Assembly: GCA_017499595.2 (NCBI GenBank)
Contig: CM039001.1
Span: 1,860,001-1,924,000, forward strand
Length of the DNA: 64,000 nucleotides
Direction: 5' to 3'
Source of the DNA: Psilocybe cubensis
Lineage: Eukaryota
Shown: positions 36,861 to 48,978 of the stretch, piece by piece
Layout of the letters: every line of letters begins with the position of its first letter
How positions within the stretch are numbered: the stretch's first letter is position 1
The notes under the pieces: generated by a model
Told to the model about the DNA's origin: nothing
What the model saw: the letters and a program-made list of their open reading frames with translations, nothing else
Databases searched by the model: none
Translations under genes and position numbers: made by a program

Positions 36861-39800
36861 TCAGGCGCTCGGAGATTCTGGAAGGGTATTTTTCATCTCA
36901 GGTTTTTCCCCACCGGGGTCAGTAGAGTCATGATTCGGTTTTGACTGATGGCGGGCCTCTTCGTTGTTGCGCGGTGCAGACTCGCCACTATTCTCCTTTT
37001 GTATGGGGGTAGGAGAAAGCGCACCACTCGGAGACGGGGTCGCTGCTGCAGAGGTAGCAGCCGTGGCAACGCTCCATCTGGCACCCCAGCTCGTAAAGAA
37101 CCTCAAAAGCCACATCGGCTTTATACCGGGATGCTCTACCACGTCGCCCTCGTCCTCGTCTGGCGGCAGCTCGCGCTTCTTTTCCAGCGGCGTTGCAGGC
37201 GCATCCATGGGTAGGACGGAAGGGAGCTCATCTAGCCGGCTCTCCTCTTCGGCCTCGCTCTCTGTACGGCCGCGGTAGTCGACAACGCGCGAGCGGCCGT
37301 CAAGCGTCCACTGCAGACGGTTAAAGGGCCCATGCGCGCCGTGTACACCCGCGGGGAGGCGGCGCCCGCCGGTGCCGAAAACCTTTTCGCGGAGCTCGAA
37401 TACTTTGCGGCGGGATTGGCCTGCAGTCTGCCAAAGGTCGTCGACGAGGAATTGGGCGGACTCGTACTCGAGGGTGTTGGTCGACTGCACAATCTTGAGG
37501 GAGCGCAGGCGCTCGGTTTCGAGATCGTTGAGGATGGTGGAGTCAGCGGCGATCTTGGAGAGCGTGGGGAGGTGGGTTTCGTAGTGCTGACGCTGAGCTA
37601 GGTTGATTTTGGACAGAGATTGTGTGACAAGCTATGGGGGGAATGATTAGTCTTTATGTTCATGGGTGGAATAAAAACTATTACCCTTGCACAAGTGATG
37701 ACGTTCCGAAGATGTTCCTCTCGACGCCTTATGATGAGGAGGTGGCCACAAATGTCCACATCGATTTTCATCCATTCAGGAGTCAACACTTCTATTCCTT
37801 CAAATGTTTTCAAGTCATGAAAACTGCGTCGCCTGGTAAAAATATATTAGGAATTGAATTGTTCAAAGAAATATTTGCACTCACCGACGAGGTTCAAATC
37901 CAGCCCTCCTCCGTTTTTTCCAAATACCCTCTATATCCACCTCATCCATCGAATACGCATCCTCTTCGTCCTCGTACTCTGACTGTTCCATTGGCTCTTC
38001 CACAAGCATCCCCTCACCATCCATCACGCTGAGCAAGCTATGAAACCTGGCCTTTTCTTTTTCCTTGCCCTTGCGCTTCAAAGAAGGTCCCAAGCGACTG
38101 ACATCGCTCTCCTCCGCCTCGCTGTCCCGCTCACGGCGGTGCGGGGCCTTACCAGGCGAGCGCGAGCGCGGATATCGCTTTTCAAAACTGCGCATGCTTG
38201 CTACCTCCTCTCCTTCATCTGCTTCATCTTCTTCTTCGTCTTCCTCGTCTTTGGTGGACGCAGACAAGGGATCCGCCCAGCTCGCGACGCGCGCGGTCTG
38301 AGGCACGCGCCTGTCCGTCCAGGGCCGTTTCTGGGCTAGGAGCTTGGCGAGGGTGCGCTCGTATTCCTGCGAGCTGATGCCGGCGAGATTTGTGGTTGAG
38401 CCTTCGGCAGAGGCGAGAGTGTGCGAATTGGAGGCGCTACTTAGCATATTGAATGGGTTTGGTCTGTAGTCGCCTGTATTCATGGTAAATGTCAATTTTT
38501 TAAAAAATATGATCAGAAATACGTACTCAGAGGAGAGACCTGCCCGCTGCTGAGAAGATCGTCGTCGTCTCCTTCGCTGTGTATGTTATATTAGCTTGAT
38601 TTTGTAAAAGTGACCATATACTCACCCTGAAAATACCATAGGGGGCAGTGTAGGTGACTGTGCGCCGGATCCGGTCGTCGTGGATCTACGACTGGCAGAA
38701 GGACGACTGCTCATGCTGCCGCTACCACTAATGACGAGGCGGGGTGGCGGATGGGGTGGGCCAGCGTTAACAGGGACCAGATTATTCGGTGAGACTGACA
38801 GCTGCTCCCTCTCCTTCTCTTTTCCTTTTAACGGCGTAGATAGGGCCGGAGGAGTTTGGCTCAAATCAACACTTTGGGTTTTCTTCTTTGCCAATCTTAC
38901 AGTGCATCAGATTTTTTGACCGAGTTGTGAATACGGAGAAACAACATACCCAGCCCATGTGCCCAACTTGCCTCGCACACGGCCACCCCACATACCGCCA
39001 AACGAATGCACACTGCCGGGCATGGAGGTCGAGTTGGAGTTGAATACATCGCTCTCCTCCTCGGTCGAACGACCGTCGTAGCCGCGCTTTTCTTTCCACG
39101 ACTCTTCCCCGTCGCTCGCGGGACCGCGCCTCGTCCATTTGTCGCGTTCCGCCAAGACAGTCCTACTATCGCCATGGCCCATGCCGAGCCTGTGCGCGGC
39201 GGAGGTGCCCTCTGCATCCTCGCGCATGCGCACGAGCTCCATCACACGACCGCTCCATAGGGCACGGATGGTGCCCGCTATGACATGATCGCGCTCGCGC
39301 TCATAGAGAGCAGCACTGCCGGTGCCAATGTCCATGCTCTCTCCGCGGCGGGCGCGCTCCTTGCTCTTCCTCCTCGCACGCTTCTCCCTGCGCGAGAAGG
39401 AAGAGGCACCGGTGCCAACGGCGAGGGTGACGAATCCGGGGAGGTCGAGGGTGGGGGACATGACGGCGCCCGGATCGCCATGGGTGGTGCCGGTCGTTGT
39501 GAGCCTGGCGAGACTGCTCCCTATGCCGCTGAGCAACTGACCGCCACTAGAGCCAATGGAAGGGACACTGGAGCTGCCTTCGGCAAGACCTGCTTGGGCG
39601 GGGGAGCGGTCGGAGGCGGCTTCACCTCCACTAAGAGTTAGACTGAGGGTGTGCCTGCGCTGGTCGCGCAGAAGGATATCGCTCGAGTCTGCTGCGCCAT
39701 CGCTGTCGGCTGCTGCAGCGAGACGGTTCTTGATGACACGACGAACCTTTCTGTTCTCTGCCTTGAGCTTGGCGTCGTATGCAGCGGATATGGACTCGAC

Positions 39801-41009
39801 GAGCTCGCGGGTAAGAACTGCGCCAACGGGAAGCGACTGAATTGTGGCGGCAGCAGCAGCAGAGGCAGCGGAGGCAGAGAGAAAGTTGGTAGGAGGCGGG
39901 GCTGGGGGGATGAGTGGGGTAGAGACATGGATAGAAAGATGCGGGGTAGAAAAGGTGCGGTTGTTCTGGGGCGGGTGGGGGGCAGTAGACTGGATATAGT
40001 GGCTGATGGCGAGAGAAAAGGCGTACGGGTAGAGAAAAGGGTCCCTGGGGAGGATCTGAGAGGTGTGAGCGGAAGAGAGTAGTACGATGGAGTTTGGCGT
40101 ACAAAAGAGTAGCCGAGATAGGCGAGCTTGTTGCGAACAGAGAGGACGAGGGTGAGAATGGCAGAGACAAAGAGGGGATCAGCGATGCGCTCTGTGGGCT
40201 GGATGGGGTCAACTGGCTGGGGATGGGGGGACGCGCGGACAGCATACCTCTAGGCCAACGCAGGGAGCACCGACGCGGGCTGTCCATATGCGAATGCCCT
40301 GCACAGTCTGGTCGCATAAAAGGCCGTCGAGAACAAGAGACTGGGGAACGGAAGAGGCGGAGGCGGAGGGGTAGAGGCCGAAGAGGGCAAGACTTGCCTG
40401 GATGAGCTTTACGAGCTCGAGAACGGTATGGCGGAGTGCTGGTCGTGGACGGGGACGGGGACCAGGAGCGGGGGCTTGGGGGTTGTGGGGATCTGGATCA
40501 GGGAGACTGTATGCAGAGACAAAGCGCTCGCGGGTGGCATCGCTGGGGTCCTCGAGAGAGAGGGCAGCGCGTGGACTGCAGCCCATGCGGAGAAGACTGA
40601 TGTTGGCATGGAGCTGGTGCTGGACGGTGGCATAGTTGCCGTCGGGGACGAGGACGATGTTGTAGTCTGAGCGAAAGTGGGCGAGGGAGGTGACTATGAG
40701 GGTGCCGTGGGGAGTCTGCTTTGGGCGTGCGCCGTCTGCACGAAGGAGAGCGAGGGTAGAGTCCCAGACGGCGGGGGTGGCGGGAGCGAGGGCATCGAGG
40801 AGAACGCGGTGGTCGTCGTTGGCGGTGTAGACGAGAAGACAGGGAAAGGGGCGGCGCTGCTCGACCCAGCGCTGAACCGCATAGAGCTGGTACTGAGGGA
40901 GAAGAATCTGGGGCTTGGCAGAGGCAAACTCAAACTGGGGCGGCGGACGTACGGCATGGGGAGCGAGCAGAATGAGGTCGTGGTTGGGCATAGAGGAGAG
41001 GAGAGTCAT
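36861..41009 (-). CDS. STB6/STB2-like (Sin3-binding family) large protein, multi-exon
   Basis: YQLYAVQRWV, GARPKQTPHGTLIVTSLAHFRSDYNIVLVPDG, NISLLRMGCS, TVLELVKLIQASLALFGL, DGLLCDQTVQGI, SVRNKL, PRDPF resemble the Stb6-like N-terminal domain. Start at 41009 or 40991. Confidence 0.7.
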
Positions 41010-41080
41010 GTGACGGAACGATCTGACCCCGCCATCGAGCGGGTTGGTATATATAGACTGGCAAGACTGAGTGGGACTGC

Positions 41081-43095
41081 ATGCTGTCCCCAAGCGAGCT
41101 CGCCGGCCTGCTTGTCTGTCCGTTCTGTCTCTGCCCACAGGAGCAGCCGACGACTCTCCTCTGCGGCCACTCTGTCTGTTCCCGCCATACCTTCTCTGTC
41201 TGCCCCGTCCCTGTCTGCTCTCCCAACCCACCTGCCAACTCCCCTCCCCGCATCCCCCCGCACTCTACCGTCCGCTTCCACCCTGCCCCACCCCCCCACC
41301 AACCGACCCACCCGCTCCCTAACACACCCGACATCCCCCGCCGCCCCGATGTCGTCCTCACCAGCCTCGCCGCCCTCGCTGCACGCACTCTCGCTGCCCT
41401 CCATCCCCCTCCTCCCGACGACGACGACGACCAGGACAATCGCCCTCGCAAGCGTCGCAAACACACTCATACACACTCCGATTCCGAAGACCTCCTCTCC
41501 CATCTTCGCTCCTCCGCCCTCCGCCAGCGTCTCACCCCCTCCGATGTCCCCCTCATCTCCCCCACAACCGACACCGCCCTCGCAGAGTACGACAAGCGTC
41601 TTCTCGAAGAGCTTACCTGCCACATATGCTATGTTCTTTTCTATCAGCCAGTGACCACCCCCTGTCAACATGTTCGTTTCCCTCCTCCCTCCCCATATGC
41701 CTCTCACCTCTCTTTCTCCAGACTTTCTGCGCAAAGTGCATCCAGCGCTCTATCGATCACAGTCCAAAGTGTCCAATCTGTAGAGACGACATTCCCCATT
41801 CCTATTTTCACGATCATCCAGTCAACAAGCTGCTGCTTACTATCAGTTTGTCTCTTTCTCACTTTCCACCCTAATCTCTCCTCATTTCTCCCAGTTCTCA
41901 GAGCTTTTCCTCTCCTCTATCGCGAGCGCGCAGAATCTATCCAGCAAGACGAACGCCATGCACGTCTCAATACCCCCATATTCCAGTGCACCCTCGCCTT
42001 TCCCGGCATCCCAACCCTCCTTCACATCTACGAGCCCAAGTTTGTCGCCCTGTTCCCTCCTTTTCCCATTGCCTCACACACTATATCAGGTATCGACTCA
42101 TGCTCCGCCGTTGTCTCGAATCTCCCCGTCCCTCTTTCGGAATGGTTATGCCTCCAAAGCCTGGTTCTCCAGAGACAAACTACGGCACCATGCTCGAAAT
42201 ACGCAGCGTTCAGATGCTAGCAGACGGCAGAAGCATGGTTGAGACCTGGGGTGTCTCGCGCTTTCGTATCCTAGAGCGGGGTACACTCGATGGCTACATG
42301 GTCGCCAGGGTAGAGAGGTGCTGTTTATTCCCCCCTCTCTCATCTCTCTCCCCGCGCTCACTCCAAGCAGGATAGACGATTACCCGGATGAACTGACCGA
42401 CGCCCTTCTCGACGTCCCTGAACCCCCTTCCCCGACTCCCTCCCCATCCTCCACCACTACTACGCGCCGTCGCACAACTCCCTCTTCCTCTCGCACATCC
42501 ATATCCCCTCCCCGCACTCCACCATACCCAACAAACGAGGAGCTCATCTCCACCTGCAAAGCCTTCGTAGAATCCATCAAGCGGGGATCCGCCCCTTGGG
42601 TTGTCCAGCGTCTCTCAACCACATATCTCGTCATGCCATCCGACCCTGCCCTGTTCGCATTCTGGGTCGCCCACGTTCTACCCATCGAAGAAGAGGAAAA
42701 GGCCAAGATGCTCCCCATCCGGAGCTCCCGCATGAGGCTGTTGCTGGCAGTCCATTGGATTGAGCAACTGAATAACAATTGGTACGCGACTACTTCGTCA
42801 AGTCTTTTTGTGTTCCAGCAGAGGGTGCTGAGGTGGTTGCTTGTGGGCCCTGTCCCCCTGCTGTTCCCGCTGCTGTTGGTCATTTGGTTCTTTGTGTCTC
42901 GTGTGTTTTGGAGTTTGGGTGCGGGTTCAGTTGTTGCAACCACCTCTGGTCTGGGTTCTGGTTCCGGCAGGGTGTGATGTTATTCTGTAAACCGAGTTTT
43001 ACTTACGGTCGTCTTTTTTTTTTATGGTACTGTTTGTTGTTTTCTTTTCCCTCGTGTGTCCCAGGTGGTTCACGAATGGATGCACGATTCTGTGA
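41081..43095 (+). CDS. crgA: RING-finger and LON N-terminal domain E3 ligase (CrgA/LONRF-like)
   Basis: Cys-rich CPFC...TTLLCGHSVC, RING CHICYVLFYQPVTTPCQH|TFCAKC...CPICR, LON domain LAFPGIPTLLHIYEPK|YRLMLRRCLE...YGTMLEIRSVQMLADGRS. The spliced C-terminus is GCTIL* (CaaX). Confidence 0.85.
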
Positions 43096-44659
43096 CAATC
43101 TGCCTTGCTTGATCTTTTTGCGATCTCCTCCTTTGCTTTTGTACTCTCTTTTTTTTTTTCTTGGGATATCTAGGGTAGGTGATTTTCTCCTCGCGACCGC
43201 TCGTACGCTGATTCTACTGCACAGTCCACTCTATACACCGGCATCATTAATACTCATATCAAGGAAGTTTGCTACACTCGCGGAACCTGGGAGAGAAGTC
43301 TCCTATCATCATCATTTTTGGGAGTTGGATCTAGTTGTATCTACCTAGTATTTGGATTGATTAATGCTCGCGTCGATTGGACGCGAAGGTTGTTGACGGT
43401 TGTTTATGTCTGTGGGTGGGCGGTCGATCGATCGGCGCGGTTAGGCTTGGCGGCGGCGGGCGTGATTAATGGTAGCGCAGGATGATGAATTGTCCAGACT
43501 ATGAGCTGATGTCATTGGTCTTGTTTCGCATCAAATCTGGCGTGCATTTAAAAAGTGCCATGAGATACTCGGCTCAATCGTAAACTACCGATTAACGGTG
43601 TTCCCATTCTCGGACTCGGCCAGTTCTGCCAGGGCGTTGGTCGTGGCTACAGCGGCGATTTGTTCCCCACTGGCCCAGCGCGATGTGATCCCGTAGTATC
43701 ACCGCATCAGCATCAACTTCTTTGCCTGGCATTGGCACTGAGTGTGGGACAACAACCCTTGAGGTCTCGACCACATCAACTAGTTACTATTACTGTACAT
43801 CAACGTACTGGTTTAATGGTGAGTCGCGTGTGGTACCAATCTCACAGTGGGCACAGGGCTTTGAAGAACCGTGGAACGTCGGCGCATGGGTATGAGCGGA
43901 GACTTGAGAAAAACAACCAGATCCACCAGTCTATATCTTATACAGCTCCTTGAAACCCCCTTTGGTACTTGGCTCTGCTTTTTTAACATCCACGTACCCG
44001 GATTTCTGGTGGCTGTCCCTTGGGAAACCGTTCATGGACGCCTGAAAGAGAAAAATGAAGGAATCAAGCTGTTTCGGGATCCAGCAAACGTCAAGTTGTC
44101 ATGCAATATCCTCGATCCTGATGCCGGTGGTTGGAGACAAGGAAGACGTTATATGTATGTAAATGCTCCTCTTGCAGTGGCAAGATCCACGCCTATAAGT
44201 CAAGTACCACCGTAACCTGGCTTATCTTTCGTAAGGTAAGTTTACTTTTAAAAAAATGCCTCTCTGACCGCTTCCATGCCTGCTATAGTACAGCCGAACT
44301 TATTGCAAAGAGGGATATAATCGATTGACGCCACTGTAATATCCACCTGTCCGACATCGGCCAAGATGCGAGGGTGCGCCTAAAATTCGTACATAACACC
44401 ACTGACGGCCCACGATACGTCCATTGCTTCAGAACCCTCTGCCCAGGCTGTAGCAATCCGCATATTTGGACAAACCGGCTGAACGTGCTAGCTCGCTCGG
44501 AACCACAGGAATTCCTTGAGCGCTCCTTTGTCATTGGGTTGGCATATGGAACGGGTCACTCGCGACATGCAATTGGAAGAGTATTTATTGTACACACGAT
44601 TCATGCCTCGGAAAACTTATCATCACTGCGAAATTTTTGTGTCTCAAGCACTTTCAGTG

Positions 44660-45620
44660 AATATGGTTTACCTGCTCATGTGGTTTGAAACGAGCATTAT
44701 TGCAAATTTATCCAATGAAGGACAGATCTTGTTACTCCCTTCTCCTAGTGTCATTTATTCGAATATCGTCTTGGGCGCTCGATTGTTCGAGTTATGTATT
44801 GAGGTGATTGAAGTCTGTAGTTGAAACGATGCTATGGAAGGCACAGAATGAATCCCGTTGAACAAAAGCCAATGTTAAAAACCTCGTGAGCTTTGACTCT
44901 CAAAGATACATGAATACCAAGTTGGTAAGCGGGTCGGATTTCTGAAATTAAAACGAACTATTAAAAAAGTTTGGACGGAATATCTGATGTAGTCTCCTGT
45001 ATTCTCTCCCAAAGTATCCTTTGAAGTATGGATCATGCGCAGAGTCCGTATCATCACAAGGGCATCACTGGTCCCGCAGATGCGGCAAGTAACATGATCT
45101 CAAAATTTGGACAGAGAAGAAATCGTAGACACGGAGTCCCGTTCTTTCTGCCTTGTGCACAGTCATAGGAACAGTGGAATACTGTGCTGCTTGAACTGCG
45201 CGATCAAGCCACTGATGAATTTTCGGTTTTCTGATTTATTAATACATACTATTGGATAATGTTCCTCGTGGAGACTGTGATGAAACTTGGTATTGTTAGA
45301 TAGATGGTATAATACCTGCCAATCAGTCAACCGAACGTGAGATTGCAAGAGATGAGAAGATGGGCGCCTATTGGACCCGTGTCCATGCCCTGAAATAGTA
45401 CAGGGTCGATGGATTTTATCAAGAAAGGCATTCTGTGGAAACAATTAAGGAGAGGAACTAACAGATGGCCGAATAGCCCACCACATGATCGACCATCTAT
45501 ACTACCTACTCACAAGTTCCCTCCAAATGATAGTACTAGTAGTACGCTCCAATATTCAATATTCAGGCATTAACCAGAATAGTGATACCAAGTAAGTCTC
45601 CCTCCCTAACCTTGCATGCT
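44660..45620 (-). pseudogene. Degenerate cytochrome P450 remnant, paralogous to the neighbouring CYP
   Basis: Collinear decayed segments ILVNA*, MVDHV|, AFLDKIH, LYHLSNN..LHEE..PI, QWLD, VPMT, RMIHTSKDTLGE and NPTR match the adjacent P450; stops and frameshifts throughout. Confidence 0.7.
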
Positions 45621-46315
45621 ACCATCCGACTGCCAGACAAGCCCACGAGTCCGATGTATTTCTATCCCTTTGGCTGTACAAGCTGGCACGATCAAGGGTC
45701 AGTAAAAGCCCGATCACAGGATGACTGTTTGCAAAATGACATAGTCAATACAAGATCATAAACTGTTACTTAAAAAAAGTACAATTATCACGTCTTAGAG
45801 AAGGAGCTCATGCACATACTCTAGGAGAATACCACTCATTGGCACTAGTAGTATAATCTGTTCAACGAATTGTGTTGTCGTCGACAATGTGTGTTTGATT
45901 CCATAACGGATTTACTCACTAACTGAGCTATTGTCGACATCTGAGCCGAAAGAGGATTGCTAAGGGGCGGGCCAAATATACCCTTGAAAGGAGAAATGTC
46001 AATCAACCTAACAAAAAGTCGAGCCCACAACAGCACGGACTATGTGTTTGCATTAAGATTAAAGAAAACTTTTCGCTGGTAATAGCGGCAAATCTGATGC
46101 AAGCTTTAGTTCAAGATTTGATAGGCCACGGTCCTAACCAAAAGACTTGAAAGACCTGGGCCTGACCTGACGTGTTTAATGCCTTCAATCACATATGGGA
46201 CAAGAGATCCTGGAATGAACCTGATTATAGAAATTGAATCCATGGAAGCTTGTTCCAAAAATTTCGCTTAAAATATTGGATTTTTTCAAAAGAAAAAGTC
46301 GGTCGGTTTAAAACA

Positions 46316-48675
46316 TTATAGTTTAGAAATCTTCTTTACTCTAAGGGGCATCCCATCAGTAGGTTCTGTAAGATGTGTTAGAATGTCCAAGAATAACGAC
46401 AGAAATGACGAGCAATTGAAACGTGAACGTGGGAGGCGTGGTGTTGGAAAGGGGTCAAAAAAGGTGGCAGCTTACTGATGGTGATCGCAGCCGCAGGCTT
46501 AGCTACCTGCCCCGCATATGCTGGCTCGAATTCAAAGTTAACGATCAAAGCACTGTTAGGGATTGATTTATGGAACGGTAAGAATGGGACACAAGCAACA
46601 GATATCAAATGCTGAGATACGAACGATAGCACAGCTTTCATCTCAATGATAGCCATGGTCTTGCCAATACAGGCATGTGGACCGGCAATGAAAGAAAGCA
46701 TGGAATATGTGGGGTGATAGTTTTTAGGCAACTGGAGCCATCTTGCTGGATTAAATCTATTGATAATATAAGAAAAATTTAATCAATGCATGCCCAATAC
46801 TGAACATACTGTTCGGCGTCTTCGCCCCATATCTTTTTCCAAGTGTTAACGATTCGTATCTAGAAGAACAGTCAGATTAATGAAGAATACGACACTGGTA
46901 TGAGCCTTAGTAGTACCGGTATCCAGAATAAAGTGCCTTTCGGTACAAGCACGCCGTCAATGTAATCTGTTTTGGCGGCTACGCGAGCCGTCAATGGGAC
47001 GGGTGGCATAACGCGAAGACTTTCCATACTGTTAACAAGAGTCCATATAAATTCTTTGTGGTCAGATATCACTATGACACCTACATAACGCAATCGAGCC
47101 ATTGGAGATCCTTTAAAGTACGATAATCTGGTCGTGCATTATTAGCAAATATAGGAGCGAGCTCTTCACGGAGACGCTGTTGGCATTCAATGTTATTGGA
47201 GAGATGCCACAAGGTCTATATGTCAATGAGTACATTGGTACGTGACGGACTATTTCTAAACATACCCATGTTAGACCAGATGCAGTAGTTTCGTGGCCAG
47301 CGCCAAGAAATGTGAGCTAAAATGAAATCATCAGAATAAATGTCAGAAAATTTTCAACGCCGACTTACTACTTGGTCCATCATTGCTCGGTCACTCATAG
47401 CAAAGTCCCCTTTACCTCCATCCATTTCCACCTTTCGTGCGCGAACAAGAATGCTCATGATGTCTCTCTTTGCGCTAATGTCAGTGTCAATCAGTATCGA
47501 ATCCTTCATTTTCTCTTGAAGCATTTGCGCAGAAAGCTTCCTGATGCGATGCATGGCATCGACCAGTTTACTTGCTGAAGCTAAGAAATATTCGACGTTA
47601 GTTTTCCCACAACGGTTAGACCATGCGACTGACATAGAAAAGGAATCTTCTCTAGCCAACGCCGGTGATAGTAGGCCCATTCTGAGGCAAGGAACCGGGT
47701 GCCACCAGGAAGAGAAACCAGGAGAATAAATTTGGCAAGATTTGGACCTATGTTATGTCAAATTGTCAAGAACTCCATACGGACTGTAAAGTGTGAAGTA
47801 CCGGATTGTAAGCTGAGAAGAAGTTCGTATGCTTCTGCAAGTTCGTTGTGGGGGTTATGAAGCGAATCCGCTTTATATCCAAAAGCAGTTTCGCATATAA
47901 TGTCCAGAGTTACTTTGCTCACTGAAAATGCGAATGTAAGCACCGGTTTAAAAAATGTATGCGAGAGACATACTCCAATCATAGACATGTATTTCCTTTC
48001 CTTTCTCAGGAAAACTCGTGTTATCAATTTCGTTCTTGATAATCTCGATCAAACTACGAATATAACGTTGGACAAGTAGCAGAAAGCCCATCCAAGATAA
48101 GAACCTACCCATCAATAGGTTCAAAGTACATAGATGTTTCTAGGACACCCATGAGCCACCTGAAAGTGTGATGTAGATGACTGGACTTACGAGCCATGAG
48201 GTTAGGAATTGAAAAGGCAGGGTTCATAGCCTTGCGCATTTGCTTATGATCATTGCCGGTAACGGTCAATAGTCCATAACCAGTTACCAAGCCAAGAATA
48301 TTTTTCAAGAAGGCAGGCTATTGTAGAACTTGGAACGAGAACCTTGACTGACTGCACAAAAAAACGTACTCTGGGGTAATCCAACCAGTCCTTGACAAGA
48401 ATCTGGTGCAGCGCCTCTGGATTCATAAAGATAAGACGCTCAATACCCACTGGTCCTACGACTCGAACGATCGGACCATGCTGCTTGACCCATTCCCGCT
48501 GAGGAATGCCTGTTTCGCTACGTATGATATAGGGAGACTGGCCCCAGATAGGATTGCCTAACGGTGGACCTGGCAGGTTCCTAAGCGGGGAGAGGAAATA
48601 GGGCCATAGAATGAGCCTATGTATGATTAGATACACGACGTAAACTAGAGAATACATTAGAAGGGGTAGTGCCAT
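46316..48675 (-). CDS. Cytochrome P450 monooxygenase (~12 exons)
   Basis: N-terminal anchor then SPLRNLPGPP, GLLTVTGNDHKQMRKAMNPAFS, I-helix AGHETT, K-helix ESLR, FNPARW, heme signature FIAGPHACIG. Confidence 0.95.
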
Positions 48676-48978
48676 GAAAGACAGAAAAGGTACCAATCAA
48701 CCCATAAACGACGTGGATGGGCTCAATGAAAAGGGCTGGGTGAGAGGTGGGGATGATAGAGAACATGAGAAATGGATATAGAATGGAACATCGCAGATAT
48801 AGGTGTTTTCGAAAGCAGAGGAAGGCTCATGATTATGGGGATGGATGAGAAAATGATGGAGAGAGAGTCATGTGTGTTCCCTATGTGTGAGTGAAGGTGT
48901 CAGTGACGGCGACTTGCCGATCATAGACGAATGACGTCTCGGTAATCACCTTGGACAACCTTGCCTCTCGCCCTCAGA

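Noticed and set aside
39270-42950. Long antisense and alternative-frame ORFs (e.g. 40677-41654 +, 41006-41734 -, 39631-40317 -)
   Set aside because: Shadow ORFs caused by high GC and stop-codon depletion over real genes; translations are low-complexity.
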